Virus record (IMG/VR): IMGVR_UViG_3300043103_000105
Coordinates: 1-32,382 of that record
Source: a virus
Taxonomy: Duplodnaviria; Caudoviricetes
Direction: 5' to 3' (one strand)
Length of the DNA stretch: 32,382 nucleotides
Below are positions 15,096 through 23,600 of the stretch, piece after piece (position 1 is the stretch's first letter; the number at the start of each line of letters is the position of its first letter). The position numbers were made by a program, and so were the translations under genes. The notes under the pieces were generated by a model that did not search any database, was not told the DNA's origin, and was given only the letters and a program-made list of their open reading frames with translations.

Positions 15096-15608
15096 ATGGC
15101 CAAGAATGAAAAAGTAGTGACCGGTAAAGTTCGTTTCTCTTACGCTAACGTGTTCAAGCCCGTTGCAAGTGAAGAGGGCAAAACGCCTAAGTACTCCGTG
15201 TCGGTGATTATCGACAAGAAGGACAAAGAAACGATCGACAAGATCAACGCGGCATTTGCAAAGGCTAAAGAGGCAAGCGCGGCATATTTTGGCGGCACAG
15301 TTCCAAAGGGCCTTAAAGGCGGCCTACGTGACGGCGACGCTGAGAAGGATGACCCAGCGTACGAAAATTCTTTTTTCATTAACGCGAACACGGTGCAAAA
15401 GCCCGGCGTTGTGGACGCCGAGTTGAACCCCATCATTGACCCAGAGGAGTTCTACTCTGGTTGCTACGGCCGAGTGTCTTTGACATTCTACGCCTACAAC
15501 CAACAGGGCTCCAAGGGCATTGCCTGCGGTTTGGGCAACTTGCAAAAGTTGGAAGACGGCGAGCGTTTGGGTGGCGGATCCTCTGCCGCATCTGACTTTG
15601 CGGTCTAA
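15096..15608 (+). CDS. DUF2815 single-stranded DNA-binding protein (T7 gp2.5-like fold)
   Basis: VRFSYANVFKP...KYSVS...LRDGD...YSGCYGRVS...GLGNLQKL.DGERLGG...DF; AAGGAGG SD. Confidence 0.92.
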   Translation: MAKNEKVVTGKVRFSYANVFKPVASEEGKTPKYSVSVIIDKKDKETIDKINAAFAKAKEASAAYFGGTVPKGLKGGLRDGDAEKDDPAYENSFFINANTVQKPGVVDAELNPIIDPEEFYSGCYGRVSLTFYAYNQQGSKGIACGLGNLQKLEDGERLGGGSSAASDFAV

Positions 15609-15615
15609 GTAAGTT

Positions 15616-15647
15616 GGTGGTTTGTATCTTATAAGCTACAAACCACC
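15616..15647 (+). other. 11-bp perfect stem-loop after the SSB gene (terminator or processing/stability element)
   Basis: GGTGGTTTGTA...TACAAACCACC followed by CATTTTGTTT. Confidence 0.65.
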
Positions 15648-15675
15648 CATTTTGTTTAATATACGGAACACTTTT

Positions 15676-15855
15676 ATGATCAAACTTGAATTCTCTGTTG
15701 ACGAAGTCAACCACCTCCTCGGCTTGTTGGGCCGCTTGCCTTTTGCTGACGTGAACATGACCATCATGGCCATCGTTGACCAAGGCCGACCACAGGCAGA
15801 GGCTTTGGAAGCCGAAAAGGAAACGAACGTTTCCACAGAAGAAACAGCACAGTAA
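15676..15855 (+). CDS. Conserved small phage protein (MIKLEFSVDEVNHLLGLLGRLPF)
   Basis: ATG 15676; lies between a hairpin and a terminator. Confidence 0.7.
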   Translation: MIKLEFSVDEVNHLLGLLGRLPFADVNMTIMAIVDQGRPQAEALEAEKETNVSTEETAQ

Positions 15856-15875
15856 TTTAAAACTTGCTGTCCCGC

Positions 15876-15901
15876 GCCCATGCTCACGTGTGGGCTTTTT
15901 T
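15876..15901 (+). terminator. Intrinsic terminator
   Basis: GCCCATGC-tcac-GTGTGGGC (two G-U pairs) followed by T6. Confidence 0.7.
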
Positions 15902-15920
15902 GTCTCTAAAATTTATAATC

Positions 15921-17789
15921 ATGAATCAATACCAACAATACATCCACAAAAGCAGATACGCTAAGTTCATGCCAGATCAAAATCGACGTGAGGACTGGAA
16001 CGAGACTGTAGCCCGCTATGTGAACTACATTTTTGAAAAAACACCCAAGCTTGATATTGCCCTGCATCAAGACATTTTTAACGCCATCTCTGGCCATCAC
16101 ATCATGCCGTCAATGCGCGCCATGATGACCTCTGGAAAAGCCGCCGACCGTGACAACACCTGCGTATACAACTGCTCATACCTCCCCGTGGACGACGTCA
16201 AGTCGTTTGACGAAGCCATGTTCATCCTGCTCTGTGGTACGGGTGTCGGCTTCTCTGTGGAAGCTAAGTACACCAACAAACTGCCGGACGTGCCAGAGCG
16301 CCTGTTCGAATCACAGCACGTCATCAACGTGCACGACAGTAAAGAGGGTTGGGCCAAGTCTTACCGCCTGCTGTTAGCCAACCTGTACGCCGGCGAGATC
16401 CCAAAATGGGACGTGAGCAAGGTGCGCGCCGCAGGCACGCCCCTGAAGACCTTTGGCGGCCGCGCATCCGGTCCAGAGCCATTGGTTGACCTGTTCCACT
16501 TCACAATCAAGATCTTCAAAGCCGCACAGGGCCGCAAGTTGAACACGCTTGAGTGCCACGACCTGATGTGCAAGATCGGCGAGGTTGTTGTGGTTGGTGG
16601 CGTGCGCCGCTCTGCCATGATCTCTTTGTCCGACCTGAACGACGAGCGCATCCGCCACGCCAAGTCTGGCAACTGGTGGGAGACAGCCGGCCACCGTGCG
16701 TTGGCAAACAACAGCGCGGTGTACGACGTCAAGCCAACCGTTGGCACGTTCTTGGAAGAGTGGACGTCACTGTACAACAGCCACTCCGGTGAGCGCGGTA
16801 TTTTCAACCGTGAAGCCGCCAAGGCCGCTGTGGCCAAGTACGGCAAGCGTGACCCCAACTTTGAGTTCGGCACCAACCCCTGCAGTGAGATCATCTTGCG
16901 CCCGTACCAGTTCTGTAACCTGACAGAGGTGATGGTGCGTCCGGAGGACACACTGGAGAGCCTGAAGCAGAAGGTGCGCATGGCGGCCATTTTGGGCACC
17001 ATCCAAGCCACGTTCACGCACTTCCCTTACCTGCGCAAGGTCTGGCAACGCAACACCGAAGAAGAGCGTTTGTTGGGCGTGTCCTTGACCGGCATTTACG
17101 ACCACAAGGTCATGAGCGATGCAAGCGGCGCGACACTGTGGTTGCCCCAGTTGCGCTTGGTCGCTGAAGAGGCCAACGCGGAGTTCGCGGACCTGCTCGG
17201 CATCCCACGCTCAACAGCTATTACAGCCGTTAAGCCTAGCGGTACAGTGAGCCAGTTGACAGACACAGCAAGCGGCATTCACCCACGCCACTCGCCTTAC
17301 TACATCCGCCGCGTGCGCGGTGACATGAAGGACCCACTGTCACAGTTCTTGGTCTCACAAGGCATCCCCAACGAGCCGTGCGTGATGAAGCCCAACAATA
17401 CAATCGTGTTCAGCTTCCCACAAAAGGCGCCAGAGGGTTTGACCACACGCGACGACGTTGATGCGATCATGCACTTGAGTCTATGGCTGACATACCAGCG
17501 CCACTGGTGTGAGCACAAGCCCTCCGTGACCATCTCGGTCAAAGAGGAAGAGTGGCCAAAGGTCGGTGCGTTTGTTTGGGATCACTTCGACGAAATGTCT
17601 GGTGTGTCGTTCTTGCCCCATGACGGTGGCACGTACCGACAGGCCCCCTACGAGGAGTGCACCAAGGAAGACTACGACCGACTGTTGGCGCAAATGCCAA
17701 CAATCAACTGGGCCGCGTTCGCTGAGAACACGGACAACGTTGAAGGCGCTCAGACCTTGGCTTGCACCGCAGGCGGTTGCGAGATATAA
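15921..17789 (+). CDS. nrdJ: Class II (adenosylcobalamin-dependent) ribonucleotide reductase
   Basis: SRYAKF...RREDWNETV, YNCSY, GTGVGFSV, GGVRRSA, GTNPCSEI, VKPSGTVSQL, C-terminal CTAGGCEI; no beta-subunit gene nearby. Confidence 0.92.
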   Translation: MNQYQQYIHKSRYAKFMPDQNRREDWNETVARYVNYIFEKTPKLDIALHQDIFNAISGHHIMPSMRAMMTSGKAADRDNTCVYNCSYLPVDDVKSFDEAMFILLCGTGVGFSVEAKYTNKLPDVPERLFESQHVINVHDSKEGWAKSYRLLLANLYAGEIPKWDVSKVRAAGTPLKTFGGRASGPEPLVDLFHFTIKIFKAAQGRKLNTLECHDLMCKIGEVVVVGGVRRSAMISLSDLNDERIRHAKSGNWWETAGHRALANNSAVYDVKPTVGTFLEEWTSLYNSHSGERGIFNREAAKAAVAKYGKRDPNFEFGTNPCSEIILRPYQFCNLTEVMVRPEDTLESLKQKVRMAAILGTIQATFTHFPYLRKVWQRNTEEERLLGVSLTGIYDHKVMSDASGATLWLPQLRLVAEEANAEFADLLGIPRSTAITAVKPSGTVSQLTDTASGIHPRHSPYYIRRVRGDMKDPLSQFLVSQGIPNEPCVMKPNNTIVFSFPQKAPEGLTTRDDVDAIMHLSLWLTYQRHWCEHKPSVTISVKEEEWPKVGAFVWDHFDEMSGVSFLPHDGGTYRQAPYEECTKEDYDRLLAQMPTINWAAFAENTDNVEGAQTLACTAGGCEI

Positions 17790-17796
17790 TTGAATC

Positions 17797-17840
17797 GGGG
17801 CGGTACCTCTGGGAGTTCTCGGGGGAGCGCATACCGCCCC
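17797..17840 (+). other. GC-rich stem-loop between nrdJ and glutaredoxin
   Basis: GGGGCGGTA...TACCGCCCC 9-bp stem with no T tract. Confidence 0.55.
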
Positions 17841-17858
17841 ACCTTATACTTAAAAACG

Positions 17859-18056
17859 ATGACTGAATACTTAAAAACCACGACTGTATACACAAAGGAC
17901 AATTGTCCTGCGTGTGTCATAGTCAAAAACCGACTGCGTAATCAAGGCATTGAGTTTGAGGAAATAAAAGTTGGTCGGGACATTACTGTCGAGGCGTTCA
18001 AGGAGCAATTCCCCAACGTGCGCGCGGTGCCCCATGTTGTCAAATCAGGAGAATGA
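17859..18056 (+). CDS. Glutaredoxin / NrdH-like redoxin
   Basis: VYTKDNCPAC...RAVPHV; adjacent to the RNR gene. Confidence 0.88.
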   Translation: MTEYLKTTTVYTKDNCPACVIVKNRLRNQGIEFEEIKVGRDITVEAFKEQFPNVRAVPHVVKSGE

Positions 18057-18057
18057 A

Positions 18058-18204
18058 ATGAAAGATAAATTGCTAGACCTTTGCGAGAAAGCTCTGGGCG
18101 CGTTTAGCCTGTTGGTGGGCTTTCTGTTTGCCTGTTACTTGGTGTTCATAAGCGTGGGCCTGTGGGGCCACCTGCACATGTACGCGTTGAGCGCATACAA
18201 ATGA
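18058..18204 (+). CDS. Small membrane protein (MKDKLLDLCEK...)
   Basis: AGGAG SD; hydrophobic helix; ATGA coupling to the next gene. Confidence 0.6.
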   Translation: MKDKLLDLCEKALGAFSLLVGFLFACYLVFISVGLWGHLHMYALSAYK

Positions 18205-18413
18205 AAGACGTAGTTAACAGGCCACCTCATTACACCGAACACCCGTCAGGCATTGAGTGCATCCAAGTTACTGAACACATGGGCTTTAACTTGGGCAACG
18301 CAATCAAGTACATCTGGCGCTGTGACTTGAAAAAAGACGCCATTGAGGACTTGAAGAAAGCCAAGTGGTATATTGAACGCGAGATACAGAAACGGGAGGC
18401 GCGTCATGAGTGA
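18201..18413 (+). CDS. DUF3310 family protein (T7 gp1.7-like)
   Basis: DVVNRPPHY...GIECI...GFNLGNAIKYIWR...EDLKKAKWYI. Confidence 0.9.
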   Translation: MKDVVNRPPHYTEHPSGIECIQVTEHMGFNLGNAIKYIWRCDLKKDAIEDLKKAKWYIEREIQKREARHE

Positions 18414-18519
18414 TGGCGGCAAGGGCGACAAGCAACGCCCAACAGACCAAAAGAAGTATTCGGAAAATTACGACAAGATTTTTGGCCAAAAGAAACCAGA
18501 GCCAAAACCTGTGTTATAG
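18406..18519 (+). CDS. 37-aa microprotein MSDGGKGDKQRPTDQKKYSENYDKIFGQKKPEPKPVL, not in ORF track
   Basis: GGAGG SD 6 nt upstream; GKG..RP......NYD.IF pattern recalled from other phage microproteins. Confidence 0.7.
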   Translation: MSDGGKGDKQRPTDQKKYSENYDKIFGQKKPEPKPVL

Positions 18520-18559
18520 TTGCAGTGTGTTTCATGGTGAGTCCTTGGTTGGACTTTTA

Positions 18560-18590
18560 AGCAGGGGAGGCAACTTCCCTGCTCTTTTTT
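18560..18590 (+). terminator. Intrinsic terminator with GCAA loop
   Basis: AGCAGGGGAG-gcaa-CTTCCCTGCT followed by cTTTTTT. Confidence 0.8.
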
Positions 18591-18627
18591 ATCAACGCAG
18601 ATTCGTCTGTATGCCTTAGGAGCAGTT

Positions 18628-20571
18628 ATGTCAATTCTTTCAATCGACTTCGAAACCCGTAGCAGGGTCGATCTCAAGGTCCACGGCCTTGACTTTTATT
18701 CAGCCTCTTCTACAACAAACATCATTTGTCTCGCCGCAGGATACACCGCGGACGACGTGCAAGTGTGGACCCCAGACAAAGTGCCTCAGTGGGTACTAGA
18801 CCATGTACAAAGCGGCAGACCAGTCTCCGCATGGAATGCGTCGTTTGAGTACCACATTTGGAACCGCGTAGGAGCGCGTTTAGGTTGGCCAGTCCTACAC
18901 TGGGAGCAACTCATCGACTCCATGGCCATAGCGGCCGCAAACAACATCCCTCAAGACTTGGACACAGCCGGCGAGGTGATGCAGGCAGACTTTCAGAAAG
19001 ACAAGCGCGGCAAGAAGCTCATTCAACTACTCAGCAAACCCAAGCGCGATGGCACGTTCAACGAGGACCCAGTGCTCATGGCCGAGATGCTTGAGTACTG
19101 TAAGCGCGACGTGCAGACTGAAATTGCCATCGTTGCTAAATTGCGCCACCTGTCAATGGAAGAACAGGCTGTGTGGGTGGCCACACAGAAGATCAACCAA
19201 CGCGGCGTTCCAGTGGACCCCACAGAGTTGAAAAACATTATGAACGTGGTGACCAATGAGATGGCCCACATCAACGAAGAGATCACGCGCCTGACCGGCG
19301 GAATCGAGGTGTCCAAGCGCGAACAGCTACTCAACTGGTTCCGCTCCAAGGGCGTGCCGTTGACTGACATGCAGGCCGAAACAATTGAGAACGAGGCCAA
19401 GAAGACCCACGCTGACCCAGACGTGGACAAGGTGCTCAAGTTGCGCTCTGAGGGCTCCAAGACGTCTGTTACCAAGTTCAACAAAATGGCTGACGTGCAG
19501 ATGAGTGGGCGCATTCGTAACGGTCTGGTGTACCACGGCGCCTCCACGGGCCGTTGGGCCAGCCGCGGGATCAACCTGCAGAATATCGCGCGCCCTGCGC
19601 TGTGGATGAAGGACCAAGACATTGCAGACGCGGTGCAGATCGGTCTGGAGTATGGTGGCTACTTGGCCATGAAGGAGCGCTTTGGTGACCGCGTGATGGA
19701 CGCGTGCTCGTCTATTGTGCGCAACGCCATCAAGGCGCCTGAGGGGTACACCTTTGTGGACGCTGACCTGTCATCAATCGAGAACAGGGTGGCGTCTTGG
19801 ATCGCGGGCCAGAACGACAAGGTGGAGTTGTTCCGCCAAGGACTGGACGAGTACAAGACGTTCGCGTCAACAAGCCTGTACAAGGTGCCGTACGAAGAGG
19901 TGACCAAGGACATGCGTCAGGTCAGCAAGTCCGCTGTGCTCGGTTGCATGTTTGGGCAGGGCGCAAAGGGCCTTGTGGCTTACGCTGAAGGCATGGGGGT
20001 GATGTTGGACCTCGGACAGGCGGAGAACGCTGTGAACGCGTACAGGCTGTCTTACGCCAAGGTGAAGAACTGTTGGTACTTGATGGGCCAAGCGGCCATC
20101 GACGCCATACAGGAGCAGGGACGGGCCTTTAAGGCCGGTAAGGTGATGTTTAAGGTGGCTAAAGGGGCGCTGTGGATGCAACTGCCCAGTGGCCGCTTAA
20201 TTTGTTGGCAAGCCCCTGAGGTCGTTCAGGAGCATACCCCATGGGGTAAGTTGGCTGACGTGGTGTACGTCACCAGCCAGAACACTTTCACCCGCAAGTG
20301 GGGCCGCAACAAGCTGATTGGGTCTAGCATCTTCCAGTCCTCCGTTCAAGGAACCGCAAGAGATTTTCTTGCCGAGGCTTCGCTTAAACTGGAGGGTGAA
20401 GGCGTGTCGGTGATTAACCTGATCCATGATGAAATTCTTTCGTTATGCCGTGTTGAAGACGCGAAACAAACTGAAGAATTGGTGATGCGGTCGTTGACCA
20501 CACCACCAAGTTGGGCGGGAGACTTCCCGCTTGCGGCAGAGTCTTGGATCGACACACGCTACCGCAAATAA
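18628..20571 (+). CDS. polA: Family A DNA polymerase with 3'-5' exonuclease domain
   Basis: Exo motifs IDFET, WNASFE, YCKRD; TGRWAS...NLQN; motif A DLSSIENR; motif B RQVSKSAVLGCMFG; motif C IHDE; AGGAG SD. Confidence 0.95.
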   Translation: MSILSIDFETRSRVDLKVHGLDFYSASSTTNIICLAAGYTADDVQVWTPDKVPQWVLDHVQSGRPVSAWNASFEYHIWNRVGARLGWPVLHWEQLIDSMAIAAANNIPQDLDTAGEVMQADFQKDKRGKKLIQLLSKPKRDGTFNEDPVLMAEMLEYCKRDVQTEIAIVAKLRHLSMEEQAVWVATQKINQRGVPVDPTELKNIMNVVTNEMAHINEEITRLTGGIEVSKREQLLNWFRSKGVPLTDMQAETIENEAKKTHADPDVDKVLKLRSEGSKTSVTKFNKMADVQMSGRIRNGLVYHGASTGRWASRGINLQNIARPALWMKDQDIADAVQIGLEYGGYLAMKERFGDRVMDACSSIVRNAIKAPEGYTFVDADLSSIENRVASWIAGQNDKVELFRQGLDEYKTFASTSLYKVPYEEVTKDMRQVSKSAVLGCMFGQGAKGLVAYAEGMGVMLDLGQAENAVNAYRLSYAKVKNCWYLMGQAAIDAIQEQGRAFKAGKVMFKVAKGALWMQLPSGRLICWQAPEVVQEHTPWGKLADVVYVTSQNTFTRKWGRNKLIGSSIFQSSVQGTARDFLAEASLKLEGEGVSVINLIHDEILSLCRVEDAKQTEELVMRSLTTPPSWAGDFPLAAESWIDTRYRK

Positions 20572-20616
20572 GAGCAGTGGAGGGGGTGGTTTGGGAGCCA
20601 CTCTTCTCCTCCAAGC

Positions 20617-23600
20617 TTATAAGTGCGTCAATCCACCTTTGGCGTAGTTCACGCCGTATTTGGTTTTTAGTCGTGGGTCTTTCCACGATGTTTTCTCTAC
20701 GTCACGGGCCAACACCAGTGGGCCGGCCTGAATCTTTTCCGCCGCGCTCCACACAGGTTGCATGTCGGCCTTGTCGTAGAATTGTGACCCACGGTATGGG
20801 TTCATACCGATCTGGCGCCATGTGGGGTCCTGTAGGGCCTCTGCAAGCATCCTGCGGACATCTTCGTCCTTGGTTGTTTGCTGGTTGCCCATCATCATAG
20901 CGAACGGACCCTTGTTCGAACCCTCTTCAACCGACAAGGGGGTCAACGCTTGCTCTCTGGTTCCAAGGCCAACTCGTATGGCTCTGTTGGGATCAGACTG
21001 AAACTCCACGTCTTTTAAATGGCCTGTGTGGCCATAACCGATAGGCTTGCCTGCAGGGTCGTGCATTGTGTCAACGTAGGTGCCGTAGCGCTCGTATGCG
21101 GGGATGTCAAGGCGGTTGCCCACGCGCATGCCCTCTGGCACTTGTAGGTTCAAACCCAAAATGCCCTTGTCGGCTTTGTTCTTGTCCAGTGCGGACACAA
21201 TGTCAATATCAGAGTGCGCTTTTGGCAACTCAGTCAAAGGACGAATTGGCCTGCGCTCGTTCATAATGCGCAGGTAGTCGGCCTGTGAGATCTTGCCGGT
21301 CATGTACGCTTCAAGCGCTTGGGCCAGTTGTGGGTCCTGCTGTTGCTTGTATGGTTTTGCGTTCAGCTTGCGCCACGCTTCAACCTTTTCAGGCGTCAGC
21401 TTGAGCATGTCATATGCCGACTCAGCCAGACGGGTCAGACCGCCCACCTTGCCACCCTTATCAAAGTGTTGTATTAAGCCACCTTCTTTTTTATTTATGT
21501 CAGGGTTTGTAATGTCGTATGTGCCTCGATTGCCAATCGCAGACTTTATTCGTCGAGGATCAAAGACACCTAAATTTTTAACTCCATCTTCTTGAACGTA
21601 AACAGCATCGTGACCCAGTTTACGGATTGCTGAAGTTGTATTGCGATCTTCTAATGCGGCCCAATCTCCAGTTGATAAAATGTCTTTGTAGTTTTTTGGA
21701 GCATCTGGTAACGCTTCAGTCAATGCCTGAACATGTGCAGGATTTTCATAATCAAAAGGATTTTTTACCTGTGCGTGCACTGGGTAAATAGCACCGCCCT
21801 CAAAACCCTCGGTGTTCCTTTGCACTAAAGGAACGTGCTTAGAGAATCTGTTGGCAAACTCAGGTTCAGGGGACAGGAAAGTCATTTCTCTGCCAAATTG
21901 TTTTGGGTTAAATGCTGTGATTGCTGAATCAGAAGGCGCCCACTTATAGTCCTGCATGGTTTTTGTACCATGATAGAACCTACGGGGGTCGGCACTTTGT
22001 GATAAATATGACTGCAAATTAGCGTCTCTTTCAGCGGCTGAAAGTGTTGCCGCTTTTGGAGTAAAAAAGGAAGCCGCTTTGTTAAACGCCGCACGAGCAA
22101 GACCACCTTTATCAAAGTGCTGTACCTGACCGCCTTCTGCAAATGCACTGGACTGCAAGTCTTTGATCCACTCTTCAGTGATCAACTGACGTGGGTACAC
22201 GCGCTCTGAAGAACCTGTAGGCTTATAGCCCAGAGTGTGCTCAAAGTAGCCGGGCTGTTTAAGTTCTCCGGACTTCTTAGGCATTGTGTTGCCGGTGTCT
22301 GCACGCCATTGCTTTTGAAAGTCACGCAAAGACAATTCAGAAGGCACCGGTTGATAGGTTACATTGAGGTCTTCACCATGTAACATCCATGGGTACGCTC
22401 TATTCAAGTCAGCGCGTGGAAGAGGTTCTACTTCACCAGACAGTTTGAACGCACGAGGGCCCATGGCAAATGAAGGAGCCCCTTGTGTAAGGGGATCACG
22501 CATTTCATCTAGTATGTTTTGATAATCAAAAATTTGTTTTTTAGTTCTGCCTAAACCCTCAGCACCAAAAGCGTGATTTGCAATTGCTTTACGTGTGTCA
22601 AACGTGTCGCCGTATTTTTTAAGAAGGTCTTGATCAAGAACGTTAAAGTCAGGAATAGGATCAAACTTTTGTTTGGCAATGCCTGTGTTTAAACCACCTG
22701 TTTGCATGTACTGGTTAATTTCAGCCACGCGTTCAGGAGAGTATTTGTGCAGGTTTTTGTTGTGTTGTTTTAAAAGTTCATCATACACAATCTGATTAGA
22801 CTGGTGCATGTTCTCTGAACCAATCAATGGTGCAAAGATCTGGCGCTCTGTTCCGCCGTAACGAGGGTCTTTAGCCAAATTGGCGATGCCTGTTGCTGTG
22901 GCTTTTTGACCAGAGCCCCATGCACGATTAGCGTATTCAGGACGCGCCAAAGAGTTGGCACTAAAGCTGGTACCACCGACACCGGCCATACGATCTGATT
23001 GTGTTGGCACAAAGTAGTGGCCAAGATAGTTCTGTGCCCAGTCGGACAGTTTGCCTACCTTTTGACTGCCGAGTTGCCACGCCGCTTTTCCTGCACCGGC
23101 ACGACCGCCGGATTGAAAGTGCTCAACGGCGGGCAGGCCGCCGTCGGACTTTTTTACTGCACCACCCTCTTTAAACTTGGGAGGGGCACCGTCGGGTTGC
23201 AATACAGACTTGGTTGCGTCTTCGGCGCTAAAAATGTTTCGTACAATTTGACCCAGACCACCTGCACCTGCCGCAACAACGCCAGCTAGTTTCATTTTGG
23301 GATTAGGAGCCATTGATAGCGTGGCGCCTCCAGAAGTAAGCGCGCTCAGTGCGCCGCCTGTAGTGTCTCCTTGTTCGCCTCGTTGCATTGCGTCATAGAA
23401 TTGTTGGGCCGCAATACCGCCTTTAATACCACCACCAACAGCACCACTGCCAAAATTTCTGACGCGGTTAGCAAGCACCTGTGCTTGCAGTTGTGCAGGA
23501 GTTAGTGTTCTTGGAGGGTTCAGGTTTGCAAGGTTGGCCACTGTTGGGGCCACACCAAGGTTTGGCGCAGTAGCAACAGGAGGCGGTGCGCTAGGACGCG

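Noticed and set aside
15856-15920. Cobalamin riboswitch upstream of nrdJ
   Set aside because: The 65-nt gap is mostly a terminator and has no B12-box-like sequence.
18410-18619. 69-aa ORF from the track
   Set aside because: It runs through a terminator; the 18406-18519 frame has the better SD spacing and a recognisable motif.
20572-20616. Classical bidirectional terminator at the convergence point
   Set aside because: Only a G-U-rich hairpin on the + strand with no T tract on either side; too weak to call.
7188-20900. Many alternative-frame and antisense ORFs (e.g. 8947-9561, 10607-11227, 16361-17017, 19023-19622)
   Set aside because: Shadows of well-supported genes, with no SD or recognisable motifs.
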